From NCBI RefSeq assembly GCF_009914755.1, contig NC_060947.1: a stretch of 64,000 bases of DNA. One strand, 5' to 3'. Below, one piece after another: positions 28,788 to 42,859 of this stretch; position 1 is the stretch's first letter, and each line of letters begins with the position of its first letter. Source of the DNA: the human T2T-CHM13v2.0 reference genome, Homo sapiens. The notes below the pieces were generated by a model that saw only the letters and a list, made by a program, of their open reading frames with translations, was not told the DNA's origin and ran no database searches. Both the position numbers and the translations under genes were made by a program.

Positions 28788-30231
28788 AGTTTAACATAAT
28801 TTGCTCAGAACTCTAAAAATGATTCACTTTCCAAAAATTTGCTGCATTTTTTCTTCTGGTCAGAATGTGCACAATGGAAATTCTTCCTGAAGGATTTGTG
28901 TGAGGAGACCTATTCTATAGCTGTTAAATGATTGGCAGGGAGGTTGATAGATGGAGGTGAAGTCAGCCAAAACTTAACTGATATTTAACAGCCAGGAAAT
29001 ACCCAACCTGGAAAGTATTCATTCATAGCATCACAAACCACTAAAGAAAAGTGATATTTTACCTCTGAGAAAGTTAACAGCAAAAGTATAGTCTTTCTAA
29101 TTAGTTTTTAGCTTGCAATCTAAATAAATGACAAGTAGAGAATATCAGGTCATAAAATATCATTTAATTTTAAGAAATATTTTCATAAGAATATTGACAT
29201 AAAAGTGATTTAAGAAAGTGAAAGTTACATTTAGCACAAGATTTTGCATTTTTCAAAAGTATATGATATTGGAAAAACATATAATTACATATTATTTTGA
29301 ATTTGTTCTATGTAGCAAACTTTGTTCAGACCTCTTTAAGAACATTTCATAAATTTGGCATCATTACTAACATCTCCATGTTAAGAAGATTTTCACAGAA
29401 GCAATATTTTCTTGTGTCTCTAAATGGGAGAGAGTGCCTCTCCTCACTAAATTGCCATATTAAAGTGGACTGTTCAGCATTTATTTTCTTCAACCATTCT
29501 GTCTAAAATTCAGCCTGATGTATTAGCATTAGCATGAGTCCTCCTGCAAAATTGGTCAATGGGTAGTTATGCTTTTGTGTGTTTTTCACATCAAAAAAAA
29601 AAACCCCACAAGAACAAAAACAAAACAAACACAAAAATGCTCAGTAAATAGTTAATGAATAAATTGTTCTATTCAAGGGGATTGAGAATGGACCTTGCTC
29701 CACTGCTTCTTTTTTTTTCTGTATTTTCAACATCTGCCTTTCTACTGGCTAATTAACTATAGTTTATAAATATGTTTAATATTAAATAAAAATTTAAGTA
29801 AGAGGAAGCATCAGGAACCACTTTAAAGGTGAATTGTAAAAAATAATGTGATAATAACTTCACTCTGCTTTTCCTTCTCACTTCTTTTCTTCTTTCTTCT
29901 TTTCTTTCCACTTAAGCCTCACAAGAGTGAAGCTTCTTGTCTGTCTCTTCTTACTTACCAGTCACTCTTTCTTCAACCTGGTGCTCTCTGACTCCTGTCT
30001 CTACCACTCAAATAAAGCTGTACTTTGCAAGACCATCAAAGCCATTTTAATTATCAAATCCAAAGACTCCTTTTGGATATTTCAGGTCTCCAAACAAATT
30101 GCATCTTCTTAAAGAGGAATTTCCTGACCACCTGAGTTAAATCTCATGACATTCGCAAACATATTGCCGTATTTTACATTCTTGATAGTCCCTAGTACTT
30201 GATCAAAAAGCTATCTATAGTTATTATACAT

Positions 30232-30340
30232 ATTACCTGGGTGATGAAATAATCTGTACACCAAACCCCCATGACACAGAGTTTACCTATATAACAAACC
30301 TGCACATATATCCTTGAACCTAAAAGTCAAAAAATAAGAA
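30232..30340 (+). mobile_element. L1PA (old) 3'-terminal fragment among L2 remnants
   Basis: 'acctgggtgatgaaataatctgtacaccaaacccccatgacac...aacaaacctgcac'. Confidence 0.8.
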
Positions 30341-31316
30341 ATCAACTGTAGATATTTGTTTATGTGTTTATTTTCTTTCTGCCCCCACTAGCATAAAATA
30401 TTATTGAGGGAAGGGACTCAGCCTTGTCCACCAGATCCTAAATGAGACTTAGTAGACACATATTAAGCATTCAAGTAATATCTGTTTACTGACTGGGACT
30501 GATCAATTTGCCTCTTACCTGACCTCTCTGGAACATTTGTCAATGATGACCGTTTGCTTCTAGATGCCCCTTCACGGCTTTTGAAATAGTACCCTTCCTT
30601 TTCAGTCTATTTTGCTAACTTTCCAATATGATGTGATCTGTTTGAGAAAAGGGACTGCTATTAGCATATTTGCTGGCACATGAAGGACTCGCAGAACACT
30701 CATAAAACATCCTTCTATTTGGGCTTCAGTATGAAAGATCTTAACCGAACTGTGTGTTTAAAATGATGTGTATTGAAAGAAGTATTATTTTTGGGCCACG
30801 AAAATGCCTAAATATTTCTAGTGTGATAATTAGGTATTGAGAAAGTTGGAAGTGTATGAATATTTAAATTGCTTAATAGTATGAACTGTAGTGTTCTGGT
30901 ACTTGGTTCATACAATTACTTGACTGAATGCTGTGCAGCCATTAAAATTATATTACAAATTATAATATTAAGATAAACTTAAATTATTTGTTATAAATTA
31001 ACAAGGCACGACACAACATTATGCATAAAATATAAGTACAACTTTATAAGATGTATGCAACAATGAAAACTAGCAAGGAATGAAACTTGCTCATTTTTTG
31101 TTTCAATGATTTTGTTGCATTGTTTCAATGAAACAATGAAAATTATAACAGACTGTAGTAGCAGCTGAGTGATTTTATGGAATTTCAGATGTCTGTTCTT
31201 ACTTTTCCAGATTCTCTGTAGCCTTTTAACTATCGTATATTTTAAAAACAATTCAAAGCTGAATACACTTTAAGCATCCTGTATAACTTGGAATGAACTT
31301 GTGATGAAATGTCAGA

Positions 31317-31395
31317 AGAGGTTAGTGGTAGGTGTTGTCACGTTTGTTCAAGAAGGAGAGGTTAGTGGTAGTGGTGGCATCTTTGTTCAAGAAAG
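31317..31395. repeat. Two-copy ~40-bp tandem duplication
   Basis: agaggttagtggtag...tttgttcaagaa at 31317 and 31357. Confidence 0.85.
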
Positions 31396-32639
31396 AAATA
31401 CATCCCCTTTTATTCATGGCCTTTGTGATTTTCTTTGTGTTTAATGTATTCCACAAGTAGATTCTCCTCTCAAGGTATCGCACCCTGGAAATGTAAATAA
31501 AGACTTAAATTACTCCCATGAAAGTGACTTCTTCTAGCCCACACAGTGAATCACTGGCAGACCCGGGAATGAAACCTCTCAATTTACACTCTTAGACTTC
31601 ATAAACATCCCTAAAACACTTCATCTCTCCTACATTGTTAGCTATATAACATTGTTAGCTCCTACATTGTTAGTTCTACATTTATTAGACTATAAGTCTT
31701 ATGTTTTCCCTTTGATTGCTATTGCTCTAGGTGGCAACAAAAGTCATTCTAACTTCACTTATAAGAGCCAGGTTTGTTTGACACACACATTGTGGAGTTC
31801 ATTAAATTATTGCTTCTTCTCTGTCATTTATAATTTTGAGAATAAATCTACGTTCTTGAAATTTATTGCACCTGCATTTGCAGAGGCATAGAGAAATGTG
31901 GCAATTTATTCATAAAACGCTTTATCATGTAAATGAATGATGGCCAGTCTCTAGTTCACAAGATGATTAGAGTAACAGAAAACACACAAATTCCAGCTTT
32001 ATACATACAACAGCTTCAAGGCTATGTAGTTAGAAAAATATGATTGGAGGGTTGATCTGAGTTTAATGTATGAATTCACAGCCTCTGCAGGCTGTCCCTT
32101 ACTCTACAGGAGTAAGGCCATCAACCTGTGTTATAGAAGCTACTAGGCCGGAGTACATCTTTTTGTCTCTGCGCACAAGAATGACTTGCTATCAGCTAAT
32201 TTAGACAACCCATATACTCCCTTATTAGTGGCTAGCTACATATTTTTGTATTGTTTCTGACTTGAATAAGTTTATTGTGCATACATTGTCCAATTATAGC
32301 AACCTTGAGCTGGAGAGAAAGCTCATCTTCTCTAAAGAATACGTGTGAGGGAAAAATAAACTTCCTTCAAACTATATATCACCCCATGAACAGAATGCTC
32401 CTCAAGCAGGTATACAACTCCAGAAGAAATATCAGACATTCTCTTAAGAAATTGAATGACTCAAGAGCAAAAACTTTGATACCATTTAGATGATTGCCAG
32501 CATAATCCCTACCCAGATAATCAAAGGCAAATCCCTCTGATTAGTAAGCCTTGCCCACATACCAAGCGTGCCCCCATAGGGTTTTTGATGTTAGTTTGTT
32601 TTCATTTTAAATATTCAAAAGAGTATATATAAGTGCAAT

Positions 32640-33550
32640 GTAAACAAGCAGACAGACACCTTCAGAAGTCTTAAGAAATATAATATTACCATTAAATTAA
32701 AAAGCTTTCCATGTGCTCTCCTCAAGCGCATCCCTTATCCAGGGATTGCCACCACGTTGAACTTTGTAGTACTTATTCCCTTTCTCTTCTCTTTGGAGTG
32801 TATGATGTTAATATCCCTCAACAATATATTTTGCAGTTGTCCCTGATTTTGAAGCTTATACGTATCATGTCATACTGTGTAAGTTATTCTGACACTTTTC
32901 CGTCCGATATCATGTTTTTGAAATTCAATCCTGTGGATATGTGCAATTATAGTTCACTTAGTTTTACTGATGTACAGCATTCCATTTTATGAATACACTA
33001 AAATCTATGTATTAATATTCTTCCAGTGGGCACTTACATTGCTTGGTGGCAAATTTTCAAACTTTCTATTGTCTGAATATGTCATTGTTTCACCCTCACA
33101 TTTGAAAAATATTTAAATTTGGCGTATGAGTTTAGCTTGGTGGGCCTAATCCCTTCTCATTCCCTTGCTGAAAAGTCAGCTCTCAGTGTAGTTGCAATAT
33201 GTGAATTATCTTTTCCCTCTGAATTCTTTTAATATCTTCTGTGTGCCTTTGGTATTCTGCTGTTTCACTGTTATGTGTTTAGGTGTGCATTTGTTTTCAT
33301 TTATTTCACTTAAAATTTGTTGGTCTTTCTGTATTTGAAGTTTAATGTCTTCAAAAATTGTGGAAAAACATCAATTATCTCTTTGACTATTTCCTTGACT
33401 CCTATTTTCTAGAGTCTATTGAGATTTTAGTTACATATATGTGAGACCTTCTCACTCAATACACCACATCTTTTAATTTATTTTTTATAATTTAATCTCT
33501 GTTTTTATTAGGCAGTATTCCAGATAATTTCTTCAGATTATTTTCCTTTC
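32640..33550 (-). mobile_element. L1ME-type fragments
   Basis: Antisense 3'UTR-like 'tttttgaaattcaatcctgtgg...cattccattttatgaatac' and ORF1-like segment 33060-33550. Confidence 0.55.
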
Positions 33551-36500
33551 CAATTTAAAATATCTGTATAGTATTTGCATTAACGAGAAATTTTTATTTA
33601 GAAGTAATAAAAACCAATGCCAACATTACCAAACATATGATTCAGCCTTCTAGGAAAGTTTTGGAAATACCCTCTAGTGTAATTGAACATTTTTTTTCTC
33701 ATTAGCTCACAAGACATTTTATTTCTCAAAAGTAATTGGTAATTTTTTTTTAAGCGCTAACGTTTTCAGCCATTCTAGGATATAGTATATGTTTACTGAT
33801 ACAATATTTTCTTCATTGATATTTCCTTTGCTAGTTCTTCTGCATCAGCATTTTGAGTAATATAAAAAGGTAGTCTGAGGCACTTTTTCGTACTTGGTTT
33901 AATTTAGGTATGAATAATGTAAAGTGATGATTTGTAGGAAATCTCAAAAATAATTTCCCAAGTTTTGCAGTTAGTGCCAAGGACATTTTGCAAATGTACT
34001 TATAATGTCATTTAGATACAAATAAAGAACTAAATTAAAAGAGCGGTAAAATGCTTATTTTCTTTGGAGTGCAAAACTTGCATACAGATATTGATTGCGT
34101 ACAACTCTGTTTATAGTGATAAATGAGAATAGTCTTTATGATGGTAGAAAAAAATTTCCACACATAACAGCAAAACTTTTCATAAGGCTTTGGTAAGAAA
34201 TATATGATAAATTATCTTTAAAGTCTTATATGCCAATATTAAGCTTTAAGTTTTGCCGAATAAAAGTCGTAAATATCATCATTTCAGCTCCAGTCGTATT
34301 TTTAACAAAGGGATTTATATGGTGACAAAACAGAAGTTATGCTTGAGGTGTAAATGTATTAAGTGAATATATCTCTACTGACATTCAACTTCTATGAGCT
34401 AGCTAACCTTTAAATGCTAACAAATTTGCCAGTAGACACCTGACTCCCATTTATTTAATGTTTTATTATAGTTGTTATGTTGTATGTTGTATTATTTTAG
34501 AGAAACTAATAGAATTAGTTACTATTTAAGAGTTACTTATTTTGTTGTGGTTGTATTAATTAAGCTCTTATAGGGGAGAAAAAGCTCTGTAAAGTAGAAT
34601 AGTTTCGTTGAAAAAGGATTTATGGGCAACTGTTTATGACCAAATCCTGGCACTTGCATTCATTAGCTGTATGACTAGGAATCTTTTCTGCACTTAAGTG
34701 CCCTCATTTGTAAAGTGGATATTATAATACATATGAATACATATGTGATAGAGGTATAGTGAAAGTAAGTTAAATAATAAATTTTAAGCATCTAAAACAG
34801 GGTCTAACATCATATATTGAAAATGTATTATGTTTTAGTTGTGATACCAGATGCTAAGATACGGAGAGGACAGACAGCTCCTAGCACATAATAGGTAAGT
34901 TCATTTCCACCAATTTAGTGGTTCTTGGTCTTTATTCCGTTTCAGATTCAGATCTGCACTGCTTACTCAACAGCCAGTTCCCATGTGTTTTTAAATTCTT
35001 GTTGCTTCCTCACCAGTGTTTTTTTTTTTTTTTAAATAAATGTGTTCCAGTTACTTTCCACTCCTTTTCCAACTGATAGGATAATGTACTTATGCATTCA
35101 GAAATCTACAGTTGCTTTCTATTACAATTGATTACACCTCTAAACTTGCTGGCCTAAGAGGGGGAGTGGGTGATGAGATTTAACAACAGGCGAGTTGCTA
35201 CAATATACAAATCTCTATGATTGGCAGTTTACTGTGAGTACTGAGACTCCCACCTTTTCTAATAGTCTTGCCTCCTTAAGGGATCCTAACAGGACAATGA
35301 GATGAAAATATTTAATAGTACAGACAAAGACGCTACCTATGTTTTCAGAAGGCTTGTAATTCTCTCTTAACTCACAAACTCATTTTAATTATTTATTGTG
35401 CCTTCTCTTTCTCAAGTCCCCCCAAGATGGTAACAAAACTAATTATATCTCATCATTTACTTTTACAGTATGTTAATTCTACTCTGGTTCAACAATATCT
35501 CAACAACACAATATCTTCATTACCTAGAAGAGTAAGAATGTAACTATGTGCATCCAAGTTTTTGCACTGACTTTATATATAATTTGACAGTTGTTGTCAT
35601 TTAATGAGCTCCATTGTTAAATTATGATAAACTACTGTTGTTGCTAACTTTAGTTCTTCTGGAATAGGTCATATTACTCTCATTTTATGGGAAGCTGTAG
35701 TTTACTTCCACTGGACAAATTCTTGAGTCTCATTTTTCTCATTCATAAGATAATGATAATGGTACCTGTTTCATTGGGCTTATAGAATTAAGTACAATAA
35801 AATAAAAGCAATTACCCCAGTGCATTATTTACTATACACTAAATAGATGGTAATTTCACATGAATGAGAATATCTGAATAAAATCCCATTCACCTATATT
35901 ATGTATTAGATGAACTTTAGAATCATAGAATTTAGAAATAGGGCAGTATGTTGGGAATTCTGTACTCTAGTGATTTCCAACTGTGTTGTAGGACACATTG
36001 GGTTTCTGAGGCTGTTGCATGAGAGGAGAACAAGCACTTGTTACCCTCTTTCGCGTTATTCAACCAAAAGAGTTGTAGATTTCATTCACATCATAATTTC
36101 ATTACCTTATAGAGCACTTATTGGGCAGATTTACCTCATTCAATTCATGATACACCACATAATCTGAAATAACCAACCATCCCAACATAGCACCTTCTGA
36201 AGATGTTCATAGGTCATTATGGATGGATTTCTTAATCACTGCCACAGTCCAGTCATAGTTATAGATATCAAATGCTTCAGAGAAGACTGAATATTCCAAA
36301 AGAAAGTATGTGTAATATTGATAAGTATGTTCTCCAAAACAATGAAGTTCAATTAGAAATCAACAAAGAAATAAATTTGTGAAATACACAAACAATTGAA
36401 AAATTAAACTACACATTTCAAATAACCCATAGGCTAACAAATAAATCGTACAGATAATTAGAAGAATGTCTTTAGCTGAATAAAAATAAAACCAAATATC

Positions 36501-37007
36501 AGAATTTATGGGGTCTGGCTAAAGCAGTGTTTAGAGGGAAATGTATAGCTATGATGCTTATATTAGAAAAGAAGAAAGATCTTAAGTAAATTAATCTCAA
36601 CTTCTACCTTCAGAAATAGAAAAAGAAGAGCAAATTAAATCCAAAGCATACAGAAAAAGTAAATATAAAGATTAAAGCAGAAATTAATAAAAGAAAAAAC
36701 AAAGTAAATACAGAAAATCCATGCAGCTAAATGTTGATTCTTTGAAAATGAAAACAAAATTGACAGCCTTGTACCTAGACTGAACAAGAAATTAGGAGAG
36801 TGGATATTGCATAGTCAGGATTATCCAGAGAAACAGGACCATCAACAGGGTATGCATGTGTGTATGTGTATGTATACATATGTGTGTGTAGTATGTATGT
36901 ATAAATATATATACACGCATCTATATGTATACATATGTATACACATACATGTGTATCTAAAGAGGCAGCTATATAGAGAGATATTTATTTTAATGAATGG
37001 TTCACTT

Positions 37008-39206
37008 ATTATTCTCAGAACTGGAATAAGACAAGGATACCCACTCTCACAACTCCTATTCAACATATTACCGAAAGTCTTAGCCAGAACAATCAGAAAG
37101 GAGAAAAAAAAATGAAAGATGTAGAAACAGAAAAATAAGAAGTCAACCTATCTATCTTCACTGACAATATGATTCTATAAATAGGAAACCCTGAAGACTC
37201 CACCAAAAGGCTTCTAGAACTAATAAACGACTTTAGTAAAGTTTCAGGATACAAAATCAATGTACAAAAATTAGTAGCATTTCTATACACAAATAACATC
37301 CAGGCTGAGAGTCAAACGAAGAACACAGTTTCATTTAAAATAGCCAAACGAAAGTGAAATACCTAGAAATATATCTAAGCAAGTAGGTGAAAGATCTCTA
37401 CAAGGAGAACTACAAAGCATAGAGAAAAGAAATCAGTGACAACACAAATAAATGAAAAAAAATTACTTGTTTATGGATTGAAAGAATTAATATTGTTAAG
37501 ATGGTCATACTGCCCAAAGCGATTTATAGATTCAATGTTATCCCTATCAAACTGCCAACATCATTCTTTACAGAAGTAGAAGAAACTATTCTAAAATTCA
37601 TATGGAATCCAAAAAGAGCCTGAATAGCCAAAGCAATACTAAGGAAAGGACAAATACCTGAGGTGATGTATACCCCATTTACTTTGATGTAATTATCATG
37701 CATTGCATGTCTGTATCGAAATATCTCATGTACCCCATAAATGGATACACCTAATATGTACTCACAAAAATTAAAATAAATACATTTATAGAAAGAACAA
37801 AGTCAGAGGCCTCACATTACCCAGTTACAAACTATACTATAAGGCTACAATAACCAAAAAAACATGGTAGTGGTATAAAAACAGACACACAGACCAATGT
37901 GTCTCTTACAGAAAAGAAAACTCAGAAATAAAGTCACACACCTCCAATCATCTGATATTTGACGAGGCCAACGAAAACAAGCAGTGGGGAAAGGACCCCT
38001 TGTTCAATAAATAGTGCTGGGATACCTGGCTAGCCATATGCGGAAGAATGAAACTGAACCACTACCATTCATTAAATATATAGAAATTAACTCAAGATGA
38101 ATTAAAAATTTAAATGGAAGACCTCAGACTATAAATATCCTAAAAGAAAACCTAGGAAACACTTTTTTTGACATTGACTTTGGCAAATAATTTATGGCTA
38201 AGTCCCCAAAAGCAACAGCAATAAAATCAAAAATTGACAAGTGGGACCTAATTAAATTAAAGAGCCAAACAGAGTAAACAGCCTACAGAATGGGACAACA
38301 TATTTGTAAACTATGCATCTAACAAAGGTCTAATATCCAGAATCTATAAGGAACTTAATAAGGAAAAATCAACCCTATTAAAATTAGTAAATGACATAAG
38401 CAGACACTTCTCCAAAGGAGACATGAAAGTAGCCAACAAACACGAAAAATTGCTCAGCATCACAAATCATCAGAGAAATACAAATCAAAACCACAATGAG
38501 ATACCACCTCACACCAGTCAGAATGGCTACTATTAAAAGGTCAAAAAATAACACACGCTGGCAATGCTGCAGAGAAAAAGGAATGCCTATACACCGTTGT
38601 TGGGAATGAAAATTTCTTCAGCCACGGTGGAAAGGAGTTGGAGATTTATCAAAGAACTTAAAACAGAGCAATCCCATTACTTGATATATACTCAAAGGAA
38701 TAGAAATTATTCTACCAAAAAGACACATGCACTCATATGTTCATCACAGTGCTATTCACAATAGCAAAGACATGCAGTCAACCTAGGTGCCCATCAAAGG
38801 TTGACTGGATTTTTTAAAATGTGGTACATGTACATCATGGAATACTATGCAGCTATAAAAATGATAATATCATATCCTTTATGGCAACATGAATGGAGCT
38901 GGAAGCCATTATGCTAAGCGAGTTAATGTAGAAACATAAAACTAAATACCACATGTTCTCACTTTTAAGTGGGCGATAAACACTGTGCGCACATAGACAT
39001 AAACATGTGAACAATAGAAACAGCAGGCTACTAGAGCAGGGAGGGAGGAAGGGAGGCATGGGTAGGAAAACCACCTATTGGGTACTATGCTCGCTACTTG
39101 GGTGATAGGATCTATACTCCAACCTCAGCACTGTGCAATATACCACGTAATAAGTCTGCACCTGTACCCCTTATATGTAGAATAAAAGCTGAAATTTTTA
39201 AAAAAA
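37008..39206 (+). mobile_element. 5'-truncated L1PA15/16-like element with TSD ggttcactt
   Basis: RT region to 3'UTR; TSD at 36999-37007 and 39207-39215. Confidence 0.9.
37647..37790 (+). mobile_element. L1MA 3'-end fragment nested in the L1PA15/16
   Basis: 'gaggtgatgtataccccattta...atctcatgtaccccataaat...actcacaaaaattaaaa'. Confidence 0.8.
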
Positions 39207-40289
39207 GGTTCACTTGAATGTGGAGGTGTACGTTCAAAATCTGCCAGATAGGCAAATAAGCTGGAGATGCAGGAAAGTGTTATAGTCCAAGTTCAAAGAC
39301 AATCAGCTGGCAAAATTCCTTCTTACTCAGAGGAAGTCAATATTTATTCTATTAAGGCCCTTCCATGGTTAAACAATACCCCCACACATTATGGAGGGTA
39401 ATCTGTTTCACTCAAAGTTCACTAATTTAAGTATTAATCTCTTCCAAAAATCAACTTCACAAAAATATCCAGAATAATGTTTAACCAAACATCTGGGCAG
39501 TATGCCCCAGACAAATTGACATATAAAATCAACCATCACAGACAAATCACCGAAGCCAGTGCTGAAAAGAAGACATCACTATAGACTTTAAAGAAGATAA
39601 AAAGATTATAAGAGAATACTATGAAAATTTTATGCCCAAAATTAGAACATTTAGATGAAACTGATTAATTCCCTAGAAAGACTCAAAATTGTTGAATCAG
39701 ACTCAAGAAGAAATAGAAAATCTGAATATAACTGTCACAAAAGATTGAATTTCTAATGAAAAAGCCACACACACACAAAGACCAAGCTCAGATTACTTCA
39801 GTAATAAATTTTACCAAGCTTTTTTAAGAAAAATTAATATTAATTCACCACAAACTCATCCAACAAATAGAAGTAGGATTAGTGATTACAAATTGAGACT
39901 TGACATACTAACTAAAAAACAGTTTGTTTTGGTTCCAATCCATGTGATTCTTCAGTTTTCCTTTTATTTCTCCATCACTTCCAATTTAACCATTGTCCCT
40001 GTGACAGTTGGCCTGTTGGATATTGGGGGTAGTCTCAGTCTGTCCAGATCACTGAAGCATCTTTGTCAACATGGTAGGTAAATTGATGATGAAAATGATT
40101 GTCTTTAGAGCTTGAATTCTTACTATGTGCTACACTCCTTGTTTGGCACTTTTAATATATTATATTAAATATTATTATTTTAAGTACTATTAATTGCATC
40201 AGATTGTGAGGGCTGTGTTTCTGTTAATGCCAAGATTGAAATACAAGTTTGTCTTATGTGGGTTGTGCTTAATATTTTAAAAAATTAGG

Positions 40290-41930
40290 CTGATGTTCTT
40301 ATTAAGATTTTATTTGTATATCATAAAATTAATTATTAAAAGTATACAGTTCAGTGGTTTTGGGTATATTCACAAGATTGTTCAACTGTCACCACTATTT
40401 CGAGAACATTTTAATAACCTGAAAGGAAATTTTACACCTGTTAGCAACCACTCTGCATTTTTTCCTTGTCCCAGACTCTGACAATCACTAATCTATTTTT
40501 TAATCCCTATGAATTTGCCTATTGTGAACTATCTTAGGACCTTTCTTGGCAATGAATTGACCACAAATGTGTGAATTTATTTCTGAACTCTTCTATTCCA
40601 TTGATCTGTATGTCTATACTTGTGTCAGTATCATACAGTTTTAATTACTGTAACATTGCAGTAAATTTCAAAATCAGAAAGTATGACAATTCCAACTTTG
40701 TTCTTTTTTATTAAGATTGTCATGGGTATTCTGGGTCCCCTGCATTTCCATATGAAATTATGATCAGCTTATTCATTTCTGCAAAAATTGACAGTTTGAA
40801 TTTTGGTAGGGCTTGCATTGTTTCTACAGATCAATGTGAGCAGTATTGCCATCTTAACAATATTAAGTCCTCCAATCCGTGAACATAGAATGCCTTTCCA
40901 CTTGTTTAGGTCTTTTTTTTTTTTTTCAAATCACTATTATAGTTTTCATTGTGTAAGCATTGTAATTCTTTACTTAAATTTAATCCTAAGTATTTATTTT
41001 ACTGTTGCTATTGTAAATGGAATTATCTTAATTTCATTTTCAAGTTTTTTACTAGTTCACAGAAATACAACTGAGTTTTTGTATATTGAGCTTGTATTCT
41101 GAAACCTTGCTGAGCTCATTTATTATATCTAATAATAGTATTTTTGTGTGTATGTGCGGATCCTTTAGGATTTTCTATATATCAAATCACGCAGTCTGCA
41201 ATAGAGAGAGTTTTATTTCTTTCTTTCCAATTTGGATGCCTTTTCCTCCTTTTGCTTGCCTAATTGCACTAGGTTATACTTTCAGCTCTATGTTGAATAG
41301 AAATGGTCGTTGTCTTGTTTTTGATATTAGGAGAACAGATTACAGTCTTTCATCTTTGAGTATCATGTTAGCTGCAGGGGTTTTTTATGCACTCTTTGTC
41401 AAGTTGAGGGTGTTTCTCTCTATTCCTAGTTTGTTGAGTTGTTTTCTTTTTTCAGTCATGAAAGGGTGTGTTAGATTTGGTGAAATTTCTTTCCACGTCT
41501 ATTAAGATGATTGTTCTTTATTCTATTTGTTTGGTGTATTACATCAATTTCTTTTTGAATGTTAAGCTAATCTTGATTTCCTGGGATATATCCGATTTGG
41601 TCTTGTCATATTACTATTTTTGTATTGCTAGATTTTGTTAGCATTTTTGAGGATTTTTGAATATATAGTCACATGAGATATTGGTTTGTAGTTTTCTTTT
41701 CTTGTAATTTTTAAAATCTGGTTTGGTATTATAGAATGAGACAGGTAGCACTTCATCTGTTTCTACTTTACAAACTATTTTCTAAAAGATTCATGGTAAT
41801 TCTGTTTTTAAATCTTTAGTGAAATTCACCAGTGAAGTCACTGGACCTGGGCTTTTCCTTGTGGGATTTCTTTATGACTAAATAAATCTCTTTATTTATT
41901 ACAGGTCTATTCAGATTTCTATGTGTTATT
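40290..41930 (-). mobile_element. L1M (3'UTR piece plus ORF2 RT region)
   Basis: Antisense ORF2: 'ttctttccaatttggatgcctttt', 'tctattcctagtttgttgag', 'aattcaccagtgaag'. Confidence 0.85.
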
Positions 41931-41944
41931 TGTAATTCGAAAGG

Positions 41945-42110
41945 CAACCCTTGTGGTATGTGGTATGCTGACTACATCCGCCTTTTAAAAAGAGGGAAAC
42001 AAAGGTTAAATTTCTTGCCCAAGCCTTTGAAGGTAATAAGTGGCAAAGCTAGGTTCCTGGTCAATCGTGCTCCAAGATGCATGTCAGTTTTTGAATCACA
42101 CGCACTTCCA
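41945..42110 (-). mobile_element. MIR
   Basis: 'agagggaaac...aggttaaatttcttgcccaag...taagtggcaaagctagg'. Confidence 0.6.
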
Positions 42111-42859
42111 CAGAGACTGATTAAAATTATGTATTCCCTTTGATATAGCCTGGGTGCTTTGAAGTAAATGTCTACTGGAAAACCAAACTCCGGGGAGTAT
42201 TTTGGTGCAGATTGTGGACATCTTGTTAAAAGATTTAATTTGAGCCATTTTTGTTTATCTCTCCTCCATCTGGAAGTAATATTTTGGTAATGTTTTTATT
42301 TGCATCTTATCTAATGATTTATTTTTACTTTATATGGAATGGACAAACTGAATTCCTCCTGCTAAAGAAAATTATATTTTTCTGCTAAATTTATTTCTCT
42401 TTCTGAGACACTTGTTTTTATAAGACAGATTTCTGGACTTTCACTATGAAGAATCGAGAGATTAGGTGGCACATAAGAAAAGTGTTACAGAAAAAAAGAG
42501 AAAAGTAATTTTAAAAAATCATGCAGGGTAAGGTTTTGTGGGTGTTTTAAGGTGATGGTTTGAGAGGTAAGAGCTGAGGAAAGGCAAAGCGATGAGGAAA
42601 AGTGGTTATGATTAATTGAACCCCCTCTTATGTTTCCTGATAAACAGAAGTTAATGATTCTTTTTTTGCCAATAGACTAAGTGTATTTAGTTACAAGGCT
42701 AGTCCATGTTTGAACCATGAGGGTCCCAACTTATATTACCATCACACTCTTATCCCACAATAAGGATGTATGTGACTTTGCTTTTGTACATGTGCCAACC
42801 TTATATAAAAGGTGATAGTGGACTTGAATCTAGTTTGCATGGGACTAGATTGATTTAAT

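Larger units (their letters stand above)
36806..39540 (-). mobile_element. MLT2 (ERVL) solo LTR split by an L1; contains a (TG/TA)n tract at ~36850-36980
   Basis: 'agtcaggattatccagagaaacagg' ... 'aaattgacatataaaatcaaccatcaca'. Confidence 0.88.
36320..39880 (+). mobile_element. L1M ORF2 fragment (36320-36805 and 39541-39880) hosting nested MLT2 and L1PA
   Basis: A-rich ORF2 sequence resumes collinearly after the MLT2. Confidence 0.8.

Noticed and set aside
28863-28940. Cys-containing exon-like segment (CAQWKFFLKDLCEETY) vaguely like an EGF repeat
   Set aside because: Cys spacing is not convincing, there is an in-frame stop and no good donor
31317-31690. Short direct repeats that might suggest a CRISPR-like array
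   Set aside because: Only 2-4 adjacent degenerate copies with no unique spacers, in eukaryotic DNA
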